Assembly (NCBI GenBank): GCA_976551045.1
Contig: CDPCPM010000141.1
Coordinates: 15,314,001 to 15,378,000 of the forward strand
Reading direction: 5' to 3'
DNA from: Glaucostegus cemiculus
Lineage: Eukaryota
Length of the DNA: 64,000 nt
How positions within the stretch are numbered: position 1 is the stretch's first letter; each line of letters begins with the position of its first letter. The notes beneath the pieces are model-generated. The model was not told the origin of the DNA and did not search any database. It was given only the letters and a program-made list of their open reading frames with translations. A program made the translations under genes and the position numbers. Positions 24,618 through 36,844 of the stretch are shown here, piece by piece.

Positions 24618-24872
24618 GAGACATAAGAGATTCTGCAGATGCTGAAATCTGGATTAACACACACAAAATACTGGAGGAACTCTGCAGGTCAGGCAGCATC
24701 TATGGAGGGAAATAAACAGTTGACGCTTTTGGGTCGAGACCTTTCATCAGGACCCTTCATTGAGTCCTGATGAAGGATCTCGACCTGAACCATCGACTGT
24801 TATTCCTGGTGAAGGGTCTTGGCCCAAAATGTCAAGTGTTTATTTCCCTCCATAGATGCTGCCTGACCTGCT
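24618..24872. mobile_element. Palindromic Penelope-end mini-element with hammerhead-like motifs
   Basis: Inverted arms 24684-24753 and 24804-24871. CTGATGAAGG..GAA cores on both strands. Degenerate flanking duplication TCAGCT..TTTAT. Confidence 0.75.
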
Positions 24873-26574
24873 CAGCTAATTTATCACTGTGCTTTAAAAC
24901 ATCAGAAAAGTTCTGAGCCACAATATTCTGGCAGTGAGACATCAACTTGTTGCTGTTCAAAACTGGAACATTAAATATTACTTTATAATTCTGACTTTTA
25001 TTCCCATTTTGTCCTGATTCTGAAGCTTCTTTTTCATTTAATACCTATGTATAAGCTACAGCATGTGGTGCATGCCGAAAAAAAGATTAGAGCTGATAAC
25101 AGCTTTTGTGTTTATTCATGCTTTTTGGGCCATGAAGAAAGACCACTTGCCAACAGAAAATCTCAGATGATTTTGAATAACGATCCATTAAATACTCATC
25201 CCCAACAACAAAATTGTGTTGGTAGAATATTAACATCTTTTCTGTAACATTTTGTTTGATTAAGAAAGATTTACACTGAAACTCTAGTCATGATTTCCTT
25301 AGTGGCTCAGTTAATACAAGGAAGAACTGTCATACAAAAGAGGAAGGCCCCAATTAGTGTAGAGTCTGAACTCAGCAGGGATTCCCATCTCAGCAAAGCC
25401 ATCAATAACAATGCATGCAACCTTGGTATCCCTGTGTTTAAACCTGAGCAGGTATCCTAGTTCTCATTGCTATCCAGTGATCCCAGTTGAAACAAGATAT
25501 GCTTGGACGTCCATCAGAGTTTGATTCAGCTTGTTCCTTCTCATGCTGAATAGCCAGCCAATGCCTACTATAAAAGGCACACATTTATGGCACTTTGATG
25601 ACTAACTCAGCAAAATCAAAGAGCTCAGAAGCACAAGTGGAAGGGAAAAAATTAAGTATAAAATTTCAGTCATTATTCAGTTTGTTCCTTCTAATTAAAT
25701 TTACATATTCACTTTCACAAATTATGCTTTGATTTTGTAATTTCTTGATTCATTAAAATATGTAATACACACTATATAATATTAGAAGTGCAAATGCTTT
25801 AACTAAATAGGATTATTTTTATTCTGGATTAGTATACTATGTATTAGCTAGCACCATGAATGAAGTGACTTCCTTCCACTTGCCCAGTGTTGCTTTGTGT
25901 TTAGAGTTTAAGTAGCCAAGGGAAGCGTATTGCTGTAAATGTCCATTAAAACAGGAGCAGCAAAGTGGTTGATATTATAGACGTAGCTTACCCATTTGGG
26001 AAAAAAAGGATTTAGCATCAGAACAGTTTAAGAAGATGATAGCTTCTCTGTGGCCAAGTGACTACCAGGAGGTATTGTATTATCAAACTCCCCTTGATCT
26101 CATATGTGCAAATAATTCTAAAACTACAATCATTTGGCAATGATGGAAATCAAGGCTAAATTAGTTAAGGGTTAAAGACCTGTGCTGCCAAAATGCAAAC
26201 CCTCCTCATAGTCTTGTGCATAAACTATCTGTTGCTGCACATTTTATCTTGACAAATAACATTCCAGTATTACAGCTTCCTGCAGAGGCAAAGTCAACTG
26301 GAAAACACATTTATTATAGTTAGCCAAGCAGCTCATGAATTAGCAGATCATGAATTAGCTGACTGGCTGTCCTGGTCATCTTTTGTTCACGTACTGCATA
26401 GTAATAAACTCGGGTAAAATGGATCCAATAGGATCCCCTCATTTTCGGGTTGCGGGCAATTCTGTTTTATACATTTCAGTTTCATTAGCTTCCAATGAAT
26501 ATTAAGTTGTTACACCTCAGAAATTTAAGAGATATGACAAGTAAATTACAAAGAAACATTTCAGTAATTTCATT

Positions 26575-26900
26575 TCAGTTGATCAAGATCCCTCTGTAAT
26601 CCCGATAACCATCTTCACTGTCTACGACACCATTTGTTTTAGTGTCATCTGCAAACTTACTCACCATGTCTTGTACATTCTCATCCAAATCTTTGACATA
26701 GATGAGAAATAGCAAGGGCCCTAGCACTGACCCCTGAGGAACACCACTAGTCATGGGCCTCCAGTCCGAAAAACAACTTTCCACCAGTCACCCTCTGCTT
26801 ACTACCATCAAGCTAATTGTGTATCCAAATAGCTAGCTATCCCTGGATCCCATGCGATCCAACTTTCCATAGCAGCATACACTACCATGTGGACCTTTTC
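26575..26900 (-). mobile_element. CR1 RT fragment
   Basis: SDWRPMTSGVPQGSVLGPLLFLIYVKDLDE..SKFADDTK. Confidence 0.9.
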
Positions 26901-29900
26901 AAAGTTACTGGAATTAAATGTGTAGATAAAAAGATGAGAAATCGATCACATGGGCCCTTGAGCCTTTTCTGCCATTTACTACGGTGACAGCTAATTCTCC
27001 GCATTTTTTAGTCCACTTTCTTACCAGATCCCCTTTATCCTCTCTTTCCCTTAGGGCCCTAAAATCTATTGATCTCAGCCTTAAATACAGCAAGAAAAAC
27101 ACAGCATTAACTCCCCAATCAAATTGGCCTGTCGTTTTGCTGTGAAATTCTACATGTCTACAAAGTGGCGTATACCAGGCAGTGTGCAATTTCAGCTGCT
27201 GGTCTGAATTAAAGGATAGGAATCTTATGACATTTGTACAAGTTCTGTTCATCTGCAGGTTAACTCTTGGTGCTCCTTCTGCATGAACATTACTCATAAC
27301 AGTATTCAATGTCCTTCACTTGGATGCCTCTCGTTAGCTTCCCTTACACTACATATTTTCCTTTTATTTCTTCTCAACCAATTACTGCTTCTTCGCAGCA
27401 TTCATCTAGCAAAAGAATGTTCTCTGCTTTCACCATTAGATGATAAAGTAGGATCGTTAAGGATAATCAAGCAGCTGTACTGCTACTGGAGAAAATTGTT
27501 GCTGGTGTTTAGCAGGACTAATTGAATACAAGGAAGATGGAGAATATGTTGTTGTTAAATAGGTCATTATTCAATGACTGCAGTGAAATTATTTTAAAAT
27601 ATTTGCACCTCTCACATTGAGAGTAGGAATGGTGTTTGTTGAGGGGGTCCGAATATGCTTTAACAGAAAATGATACTTACCATCTCCAAGAGATTGGTCC
27701 ATAACTTGCTGGGAAGTGCAGAACTGCAGGCTTTCACCTCAACTGCCCATCCATTGTCAGGAAGTTCAGGACTTTCCTCGTGAATGCGGAAGTCTGGAAA
27801 CTTGTGGCCGGTTTCAGCTGGAGAATCCTCAGTTTTGCTGCAAGGTTAGCAGAGGAGCACAAATTTGCTCCTGTTCCCAATAGATCCACTGAGAATTTAC
27901 CTACTGAATCTATGCTAGGTTGGTGCAGGAAGAATGAATGGAGGATACAGCAGAAGGTTAAGGTCATCCACACTTTTGGAATTAATTGAGTTTGGTTCAA
28001 AGTTTTTAATTGATCCATGTTTAATTTGTTAAATATTTTAGTAATAATCTAAAAAAAAATTGTTTAATTGTTCTTTACCACTTTTTGAATGCTTATGGGT
28101 GTCAGGAATACAAAACCCCTAACAATTGCATTAGGGTGGCTTCAGACAATAAAAATCATTACTGGGTACAGAAAAGGCAAGTCCTTAGTAGATACATGAA
28201 TAGTGACGGTGGGCAGCAAGTTCTGACCCACAGTCATTTATTTAATCATTTATATATTAACATAAGGAACACAACCAAACCATGGAGTCTTTGAGTGTCT
28301 GCTGACAAATTGATCATGGTTTAAACACTTAACAAATGTCAGACCGCTTTCTTCCTCCGGTTAGATTAGGCTCACTTAGCCTACAGAATTGAGTGAAAAT
28401 GTATTATTTATGATTGTTTGAAAATTAACTGGAATTTTTTGTTTAAAAGATAACAATGGTTAATGTTCCTGAATGTAGTTTAGCCATGAATTAAGGGCTT
28501 GGATTTTGTTTTCATTTTAGTATTTGTCTCCAAGCTCAAGATTGCCAAACTAGCTATCTTTACCAGTCTTTTTCCTCTGGGCTTCAATGTTAAGCTATTT
28601 GTGCTGTCTAACAGCAGAGACTAAGTTGCAGCTATTCCTCAGCAGTTACACAATGGAATCTATCTACAAAGGCAAGATCTAGCAAAGAAAAATAGTCACC
28701 ATTCATTTGAAAGGAGAGGAACGGCTGTGATGCACCAAAGTAAGAACTAGATAATATATATTTTCAATTAAATGTGTTCAGTTAAGTGTATTTAATTACT
28801 TGAAATATTAGTTTGGTTTAATTTTTGATCGATTCTTAATAAGTTGTAATCTCTCTGAATGATGTTTAATTATTTGACAGGATTAACAGCTGGCTAAATC
28901 AGGACTGTTTCACAGGCTTGTTCTGGCATCTCACCCATCGTGTGACAGTGTGTGCCCAATTCAAGGCCCTGTCAATGCCCAAAGCCTTGCTGCTGAAGAT
29001 CATGTCACCATTTTGCAAGAAGCTGACACCAGCAGATCCACAAAAGGTAAATTCAGACTTGCGGCTTGGGTCAGTGGTGAGCAAAGGTGACTCAATGCTG
29101 GCAGGTTAATTTATTATTCAAATTCCCAGCAGCCACTGTATTTTGCTATTGAGATGTTTGAAACAGCATTTTCCTTCAGTTAAAGAAAAATGAGTTTTAA
29201 CCAAATGAAAATACTTCATTTCCCACCAAATTGATCATACAACTGGATTTTCTAATCGGCTCTTAATCTTTGCCAACGCTTTCACAGCTGATAAATATGT
29301 TTCTCAGAGCCTATAGGCTTCCTATAAATCTTGGAGGAATTTGTTTAATGTCACCTGCTTTATTTTGCTTTTAAAGAAGGCTATACAAAAGTCCTTCAAT
29401 GAAATTAACTAACAAGAATACACACTTCTGCAAAACAAGATGATTGAAAACATTGTTTAAAAGGTTAACAAATAGAAGATTGAGTGCCAATAATTATTTT
29501 TGCTTTGTGACATAAATTTTGTTAAGATGCACATTATTCCATACTATTAGTCTACATTTTACCAAATGATTCCCTTTTAAATATTATTTTAGAATTACTT
29601 TTATTTTACTTTCTTAATATTTTTCCCACTTCCATCCCAAATACTTAGGTTTAGAAACAGTAACTGAAGAAAAGTGCAGCAAAATAAAAAGTGGCCTGGC
29701 CCTAATCTACCTATCAGTACAATTAAAAACTGGGGCACCAGACTTGTAAAATGAAATTTTCAGAAGACAAAATAAATATATTCCTATGAGACTGTGAGAA
29801 ATGCACAGAACAAGGAGAGACATAGGGGAAAAAAACACTCTCAACACAGAGGATTGTTGGAACCTGGGATGATTTGCTCCAGAAAAATAAGATACATATA

Positions 29901-29944
29901 TCCACATTCATCAAGAAATTGTGAAAGTTACTTGAAAAAGAGCC

Positions 29945-30335
29945 TCCACTGTCTTTCTGGGTCAGTATATAGTGGGTTCAAGTTCCACTCCAGAGACCTA
30001 AGCAAATAATCCAAACTGTTTTTTAGTGCATTATTAGATGTGTCATCTTTCAAATAAAACATTAAACTGTAGCCCCCTCTGCCTGCTTCAGCGGGCATAA
30101 ACAAAAGACTGTTCTATTCAAATAAAAAGGCAGAATCATTTTGCTGATATCCTGTTAGATATTAACCTTTCAACCAATAACATCAAAACAGATTCCATGC
30201 TGATGTATCTCACTGTTTATTGGGAGTTGCTGTGGACAAACTTGTTAGTTATATTTGTTTTCATAATTAGAGTGATAACAATGCAAAAGTAATGATTTGG
30301 CTATGAAATACTTCAGAAGAGTCTAAGGTAGTAAA
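29945..30335 (+). mobile_element. Deu-domain SINE (SacSINE1/AmnSINE-like), old
   Basis: GTGGGTTCAAGTTCCACTCCAGAGACCTAAGCA head, TCTTTCAAATAAAACATTAAACTGTAGCCCC Deu-like core, GGGAGTTGCTGTGGACAAA. Confidence 0.65.
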
Positions 30336-31434
30336 AAGGTCAAAGTTGCATAGCATGGAAGCAAGTCCCTCAGCCCATCGTGTCTGCATCAACCATCAAA
30401 TACCCATCTACGCCAATCCCATTTTTTCTTTCACATCCTCATCATATCTCCCTAGTCCCTGATTCTCTAACAATTACCTACACCAGGGATATTTCAGTTG
30501 CCACTTAATCTACCATATCGGCATGTCTAAGTATTAATGAGTTTAAAAGTCTTTATTATTCAAAATATTTTAAAAATTATGGGCAATTAATATATTAAAT
30601 CTATCGAACACCGACAATCTTTAAACTCAAGTCATGTCATGGTTTAGCAGTAATACTCTTGCCACTAATGCTCCATGTGACATAATACTGCCCTGGATAC
30701 TTGATAATGCAACTATAATGTTGAATTCAGTAGCCTGTTCTTTCCATGAGAAGTGCAATTGAATGGGACTTTGACCCACATCATCTGTTTCAGGATCAGC
30801 ATAGTCTGACTGAATTCCAGGCTTCAGAACCTCTGCTGATGGAGTGCTCATCTGCTTGAGATTGGAAATAGCATGTTGCTGCAGTCTATAACTTCTATAG
30901 CCACTTAACCAGCTATCTCCAGACAGCACTTTATATGGAGATAAGCTGCATAAAATTCACAGTAGTTTTCTGCAGGACATTGACATTTGTAAAGTGAACA
31001 ACCAAGTGCATGTTGGGTTGGCTGGAGACAGCAAAGAGGACCTATCTAGAATAGATGAGGATAACATCACAAGAGCAAACTGAATGTCCTACACTCTGCC
31101 ATTCAATGTGGGGAAATGCTAGTAAGATGAGCTGCTCAAGCAAGATGAGAGAATTCAATGACACTTCTCGCATGATGTTCTTACCACAGTTGTCTAGGAG
31201 ACAATGCAGTATCTTACAGCCTTTGTTCACAATTCCAGACGCTATCACCTCCTAAAGAATTTCCATGGAAGGTAATTGCTCTCCCATTTCACTGCAGATT
31301 GTAAACTGGCCCATGAGTTTTACTGCAATTTGTGCCATCAGACTTGAGCACAGGGATGACAATATAAGTCTGACTGAATAAGGATGGAAAATTTCTTCCC
31401 TTTATCTATTATATTTACATGGAGACCATAGGAT

Positions 31435-31506
31435 TCATGAAATAGATAACCAATGGCCTCATTCCAATATTCCATGGAATGAGGTCATTGGCTATCTATT
31501 TCATGA
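31435..31506. repeat. Inverted repeat: 32-bp arms, 8-nt loop
   Basis: 31435-31466 versus the reverse complement of 31475-31506: 30/32 identical. Confidence 0.95.
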
Positions 31507-31935
31507 TGAGACTGAAATGGTAACAACATCAAATTTTCCATCACAATGTAGATCTTCTTTCCATCCATTCACAGTACCTCATTGATTGTTGTTGTTTAGA
31601 GAACAAATCAGCTTCCATTTAACCCATTGGCACTTTTGTTTTAATAGGCAGTGCATTGCAGCAGAATGAGGGTCTCTGTCTGCCTTGAATTATAAATGCA
31701 TAACATAGATAAAACTTCCAAAAGGAATTTGCTTTTGCATAGGTGATCAATCAAAAGCTCAAATATCAATCTGACTTTGCAAGCCTATATCATTAAATTG
31801 CCAGGTAATATTTCTTTGTGCAACCATCTTTGTAAGCTTTCAGCTCCTTCAACGCCTCTCTAATAAACTTACCCAAATATTCCATGGAATGAGGTCATTG
31901 GCTATCTATTTCATGACGAGACTGAAATGGTAACA
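31466..31935. repeat. 60-bp direct repeat pair (31466-31525 and 31876-31935) around a 350-bp spacer
   Basis: 59/60 identical (TGATGAG versus TGACGAG). Confidence 0.95.
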
Positions 31936-32524
31936 TGAGAGTGATATCAAAACTGACTAAAATAACAATCTGAAGTATGTTTAAAAATTCATCACTCTCT
32001 ATCTCTCCAGGATTATCAATCTTACTCCTTCCCACCACCCTGTCCATTTCTGTCTGAGCTTTATTACTTCAATATTAATTTCATTTCTTTTTCATTCAAA
32101 TAATCAGTTGTGCCCAACATAATATATTTTCTTACAGCTTAGAAACTTAAACCAGTTTACCTCTTTTTCTCTCTGACCTTCTCTAATTATTATTCATTTT
32201 GGAAAGGGAATGTTGGAAAAATGTGGCTGTTTCAAAGGCTAGATTCTTAAACAACTACAGGCTAATGATATAAAATAGTAACCTCATCATGACTTGAATC
32301 AATCTTTTGGCTTGAATGTTCAGGTTGAGATAGAATGGGACTGCTGACATCTATTGAGAATTTCCAAAGACAGGATGTGCGAGTCAGTGAGCAACCATGT
32401 ATTGGTCGTGTTGAAATCCTAAGCAATATGTTACATTTTAAATGTATTACATGGTAATTTGCGTGTATAACGTATATTCATCGTGTGCAGTGCTTAGAAT
32501 AGAGGTTGACTTACTTGTACACTA

Positions 32525-33817
32525 GTTTTAACTGTTCCAGATGATGAATGAGGCTAACATGGGAACCACAGACTCTTGTACAGACAGGGCAGATAACAAC
32601 TGATGGTCCTTCTCAACTTTGAGGGATTGTAAACCAGAGATTCCCAGAACTGACCTGGGAAAGGACACTAGTATTGATTTACTTATCCTTCCTGAGGATT
32701 TGGAGGATTTTATGGAGACAGCATTTGTGGTATCTTTCCAGTGCCTTGAGATTCCTTCTGTAGATGATCCAGGTTCCAGAAGCAGATAAGGAGAACAAAC
32801 AATCACTATTGTCCAGTTAACCATGAGTTTTGTGCGAGGACTTCAAATGCAAGAAAATCATTGTCCAGCTCCTCCTGAACTCTCTCGTCAGTGGCCAAAG
32901 AGCTGCTTCCTGAATCACACTGTAGATGCTGTCCTCCTTAAGGTACAGTGGACATGATTCTCACCACACAACTAATCCAACAGAAATGCAGTCAGCAGAA
33001 CCACCCACTAAACATAGCCTTTTACAAGCTACAATCATGGAGTAAGACAGCACGGAAAGAAGCCCTTTGATCAAACTCATCCAGGCCGACCAAGGTGCCT
33101 GCCTAAATTAATCCAATTTGCCTGCATTTGGCCTGTATCCCTCTAAACTTTTCCTATCCATATTTTTAACCAAATGTCTCTTAAATGTTATTATTGTTCC
33201 TGCCTCAACTACTTTCTCCAGCAGCTAGTTGCAGTTATGCACTACACTAAAGCCATCAATGAGGGGGTATGTGGAACACTCTCAAATTCAGCTGCTAGCA
33301 GAAACCAACTCCATTTGCTTTGTGATAGCAAACAAACTGTGATCCAAACCAATGTATCTACAAAAAAGGCAATATCAGTGAAGACCAGTGTTAACCAAGG
33401 TGCATCATTGAAAAGAGTCTCAGGACAGTTTTTCTCAGTGCAATGCTTCGCATCATCTCCAACAAATTTCTTGTAGTAGTGGAGCTAATCTTCAGAACGA
33501 ATGGGTATTTATGCAATCTATGGCAAATACACTCCATAACCAATGTCACCCCAATCTCACTGGTTAAGCAACAATATGCAGATGATACTGGTATTTGCAC
33601 AAATTTGGAATCAGAACTACGAGTTATTGCTGACTCATTCACTGAAGTATATGAGAGGAGGTCTTTACACTTAACATCGATGTCCAAAGTCCTCTAACAT
33701 TCTTCTCCCACTCTACAACATTACCCTATGAAAATAAATTATCACTGTGGGACTCTGGAAAACATGGACTACTTTTCATATTTCAAGATCTATGTCTTTG
33801 TGAAAGCAGACATTAAT
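32525..33817. mobile_element. RTE-clade LINE with inverted 5' part
   Basis: Plus-strand 32849-33817: KIIVQLLLN, LLPES, VDMI, VELIFRTNG, QYADD, VKADIN. Minus-strand 32848-32525: TKLMV .. ICPVCTRVCGSHVSLIHHL. A CR1-type tail is inserted near 33030-33220. Confidence 0.8.
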
Positions 33818-34049
33818 ATTAGCATATAATTATGCATAATAAATAGTTTACAATTTATATAGAATATACAATTATCATTTTGTTTTGAAATATAACCGCT
33901 GTAAAATTCTAAGGATTTTCTTTTCTTTCATTCCCTGTCCATTTGATAAGGGGACTGAAAACAGGGTGTAAATGCTTGAAAGAGTTTGCTCATACAACAA
34001 TCAATCACATCCAAGAGTCCTTTAGAAATGTAAAACAGTTATAAAACTT

Positions 34050-34530
34050 TTTTATTTCAAAATATATTTTACTACTAAAATATCAAAATATATAAGACAG
34101 AAGATTCAAATCAACATTATTCCCATTAATTAACAATTGTGTAAACACAATTTTCATTTATCTACTATCTTAAAACAAATAGTTCCTGGAGTTTTAACAT
34201 GGATTTCAACTCATTTATGTACCACGACAGTAGAGCCCTGAACCATGAACCTGTCCCATGGGGTACTTGCCGTGGTTGTGCCAAGCCTCAGTGCATCCAC
34301 CTGCACATAGTCTTAGACCTTTGAGTGTACTAGTTTACAGTACTTGGTCATGGACAACACTCTACTCTGGAAAACTATTGAGTTTCAGTCATAGCATTGG
34401 GTTTCCTTCATTGCTTTGATGGTTTCCCAATAGCAGTTGATTTTCGCATCAGGGACCTCTTCCCAGACCTTCCTAACAAAGACACATGCTCCAAGGAGAT
34501 TGGCAGTGCAGTTATTACAGGGTTAACATG
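34050..34530 (-). mobile_element. L1/Tx1-clade ORF2 C-terminus and 3' end, decayed
   Basis: Minus-strand NSIVFQ..YCKLVHSKV*DYVQVDALRLG, followed by an A-rich tail near 34050. Confidence 0.6.
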
Positions 34531-34589
34531 TACTTATGCCAAAATAGATGTTGTGACAGTTTTGCAACCGATCACTTCTTTAACACCCC

Positions 34590-34832
34590 AACCCTGGTAG
34601 TACTGCCTCATTCTTGTACTCTTAACTCTACCTCTCTCAGTTATTCCACAGCTGTCACATCGTTTTCTTCACGACTTTAAACTACACTATTGTAACCTTT
34701 GCACCATTCTGCTGTTTTGCATTTGCCATTGTATTTATTATTACTGTATATACTACTTACTCTGTGAGCTTCATGCAAACAAGGAATTTCATTGCACCCT
34801 GGTGCATATAACAATAAACTAATCTAATCTAC
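34590..34832 (+). mobile_element. Rex1-like 3'UTR fragment
   Basis: GGAATTTCATTGCACCCTGGTGCATATAACAATAAACTAATCTAATCTA tail. Confidence 0.5.
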
Positions 34833-35821
34833 AACGTCCACTAGCTGTTCTGGGACATAAGAGGTCCACTCTAAGATCAAGGCATTAATATTTTGTACAG
34901 TCAATTTACCAATATATGCTGTGTCCATAAATATTGAGGCCATAGATAAGTCAAAGTGAAGTTTATTGTTAACATTTGTGCCATCTTAGACTTATCAACA
35001 CCTCTGTATGGCCCTATTCAAAAAAAGTATTAACCTAGGATCCATCAATCCACCATAAAGTGTTGCAAGTAATTACACTGTGTCATTACTCATGACATTG
35101 TAAGAATCAGTGATTAAAAATAACTTTGTCATTTTGAAGGCCCATTACTTATTTTGCAGTACCAAGAATGAATTATTCCTTTCAATCAATGGATTTATCT
35201 TAAAAATTGGAGAGCCTGACATTGAAAATAATAAATGAGATGACCTTCTCAGAGCCTGTTCACTTTTCTCATTTTAACTTCCCCAGTTTGCTTCATTTAT
35301 GTCGCGTTCAACCCATGTAATGAATTAAAGCAAAATTATAGTTAGTTCATAAAAATGACAACTAGTAAATCTAGAAGCATTAAAATGCTTTAGATGTGTA
35401 AATCTTCATTCAGTTTGGCTCTTTGGCTTTAATAGCCATTGTTTCAAACAACTGATTCATTTATATCTTTTTAAAGAAATGTGACTAAGCAAACACAACA
35501 CATTCTTCTCTTTGAAGTATATAGACTACAATTACTATTGGAATGTCCTGGTAATTGACTACAAATCATTTAAAAAACTTGGTGATAAAACAAGCCATAA
35601 ATCTTTCAACATAATAAATAAATCAAAAACACAAATCAGACTGGTGGCTATCGACTTTGTTAAAGTCAGGATTGAAATCATAAATTGAATAATGAAACCT
35701 CTGGCTGCCATTTTCCACCCAACCTGCTTCCCCCACCACCCCCCAAATATAATACATAGGAACCATCTGCTAAAACAACAAGGGAACCAAGGAATAAGTA
35801 GAAATAAAATAAAGCAGTCAT

Positions 35822-36790
35822 CATTGTGAGATCAGCAATCATGTGTCAGTCAGTCTTTTTATTTTGAATTCGTGTTCAAGTGGACATTTGTAACAACAGG
35901 ATTACAACACAAATTACACACAAGGTCATAATGTCATAAGGTTATCACATCTCTTCCCCTTAAATTTAGATGAAGACATACATAAAATAATACATGCATA
36001 AAATAGACAAAAAGGTTCAATGTTAAGAAAAAAAAATATTCAACTAATATTTTTCTATTTACATATTCAATCTATGTGGCCGTTTACATGCTTGTGAGAA
36101 TAATACAGCTCAGGTGTAACTGAAACCACCTGTACTCTGTAACATCTCATCTACCTTCACCAGACAGTGGGCAAACCTTGGTTTCAGCACATAGTCGCCT
36201 ACTTCAAGAAAGTGATCATGCATCCTGGCATCATGCCCATCCTTCTGCTTTACTCATTTGTAACCTCCAGTAATGCCAAGATCTGGCTTCACCAAATCAA
36301 ATGTATTTTGACACATCTGCCCATTAGTAACCCAGAAGGTGTCCATCCTGTATGTGATGTATTACCGCAGTGAAATAAGAAGTGTGCAACTTTTACCTTA
36401 ACCTCAGTTCCTATTATCTTTCTCAATCCAATTTTCACAGTCTGAACTGCCCTCTTCATTCAACCATTTGATGCTGGGTGATATGGATGCACATTCATAC
36501 ATTCGATTCCATTCGTGCTGACAAATTTAGCACATTTAGCATGAGTAAAATTGCTTGACCTGTCCCCTACAAACAACTCTAAAGATCATGTAGTCTGAAG
36601 ATCACTCATTATTTAAGCTGCAGGTGTGTCCATGGAAACTGCTTCTCTCTACTTAAAATGTGCATTCACGATTATAATTTTCCCATAAATGGACCTGCAG
36701 AATCCACCTGCACTTGTCTGTTCCATGACAGCAGACCAACCTTCCGGTAAGTTACATAATTATGTATCTAACTATTTCAGTGTAGCTGCT
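35822..36790 (-). mobile_element. Gypsy LTR retrotransposon remnant (integrase, PPT, short 3' LTR remnant)
   Basis: Minus-strand VQVDSAGPFMGK and PYHPASNG*MKRAVQTVK. PPT AAGGGGAAGAGA (35961-35950) is immediately followed by TG at 35949, with AATAAA downstream. Confidence 0.8.
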
Positions 36791-36844
36791 CTCCTTTGTG
36801 GTAGAACAACAACTCAGGATTCACCAAGATCCACACCATTCAGA

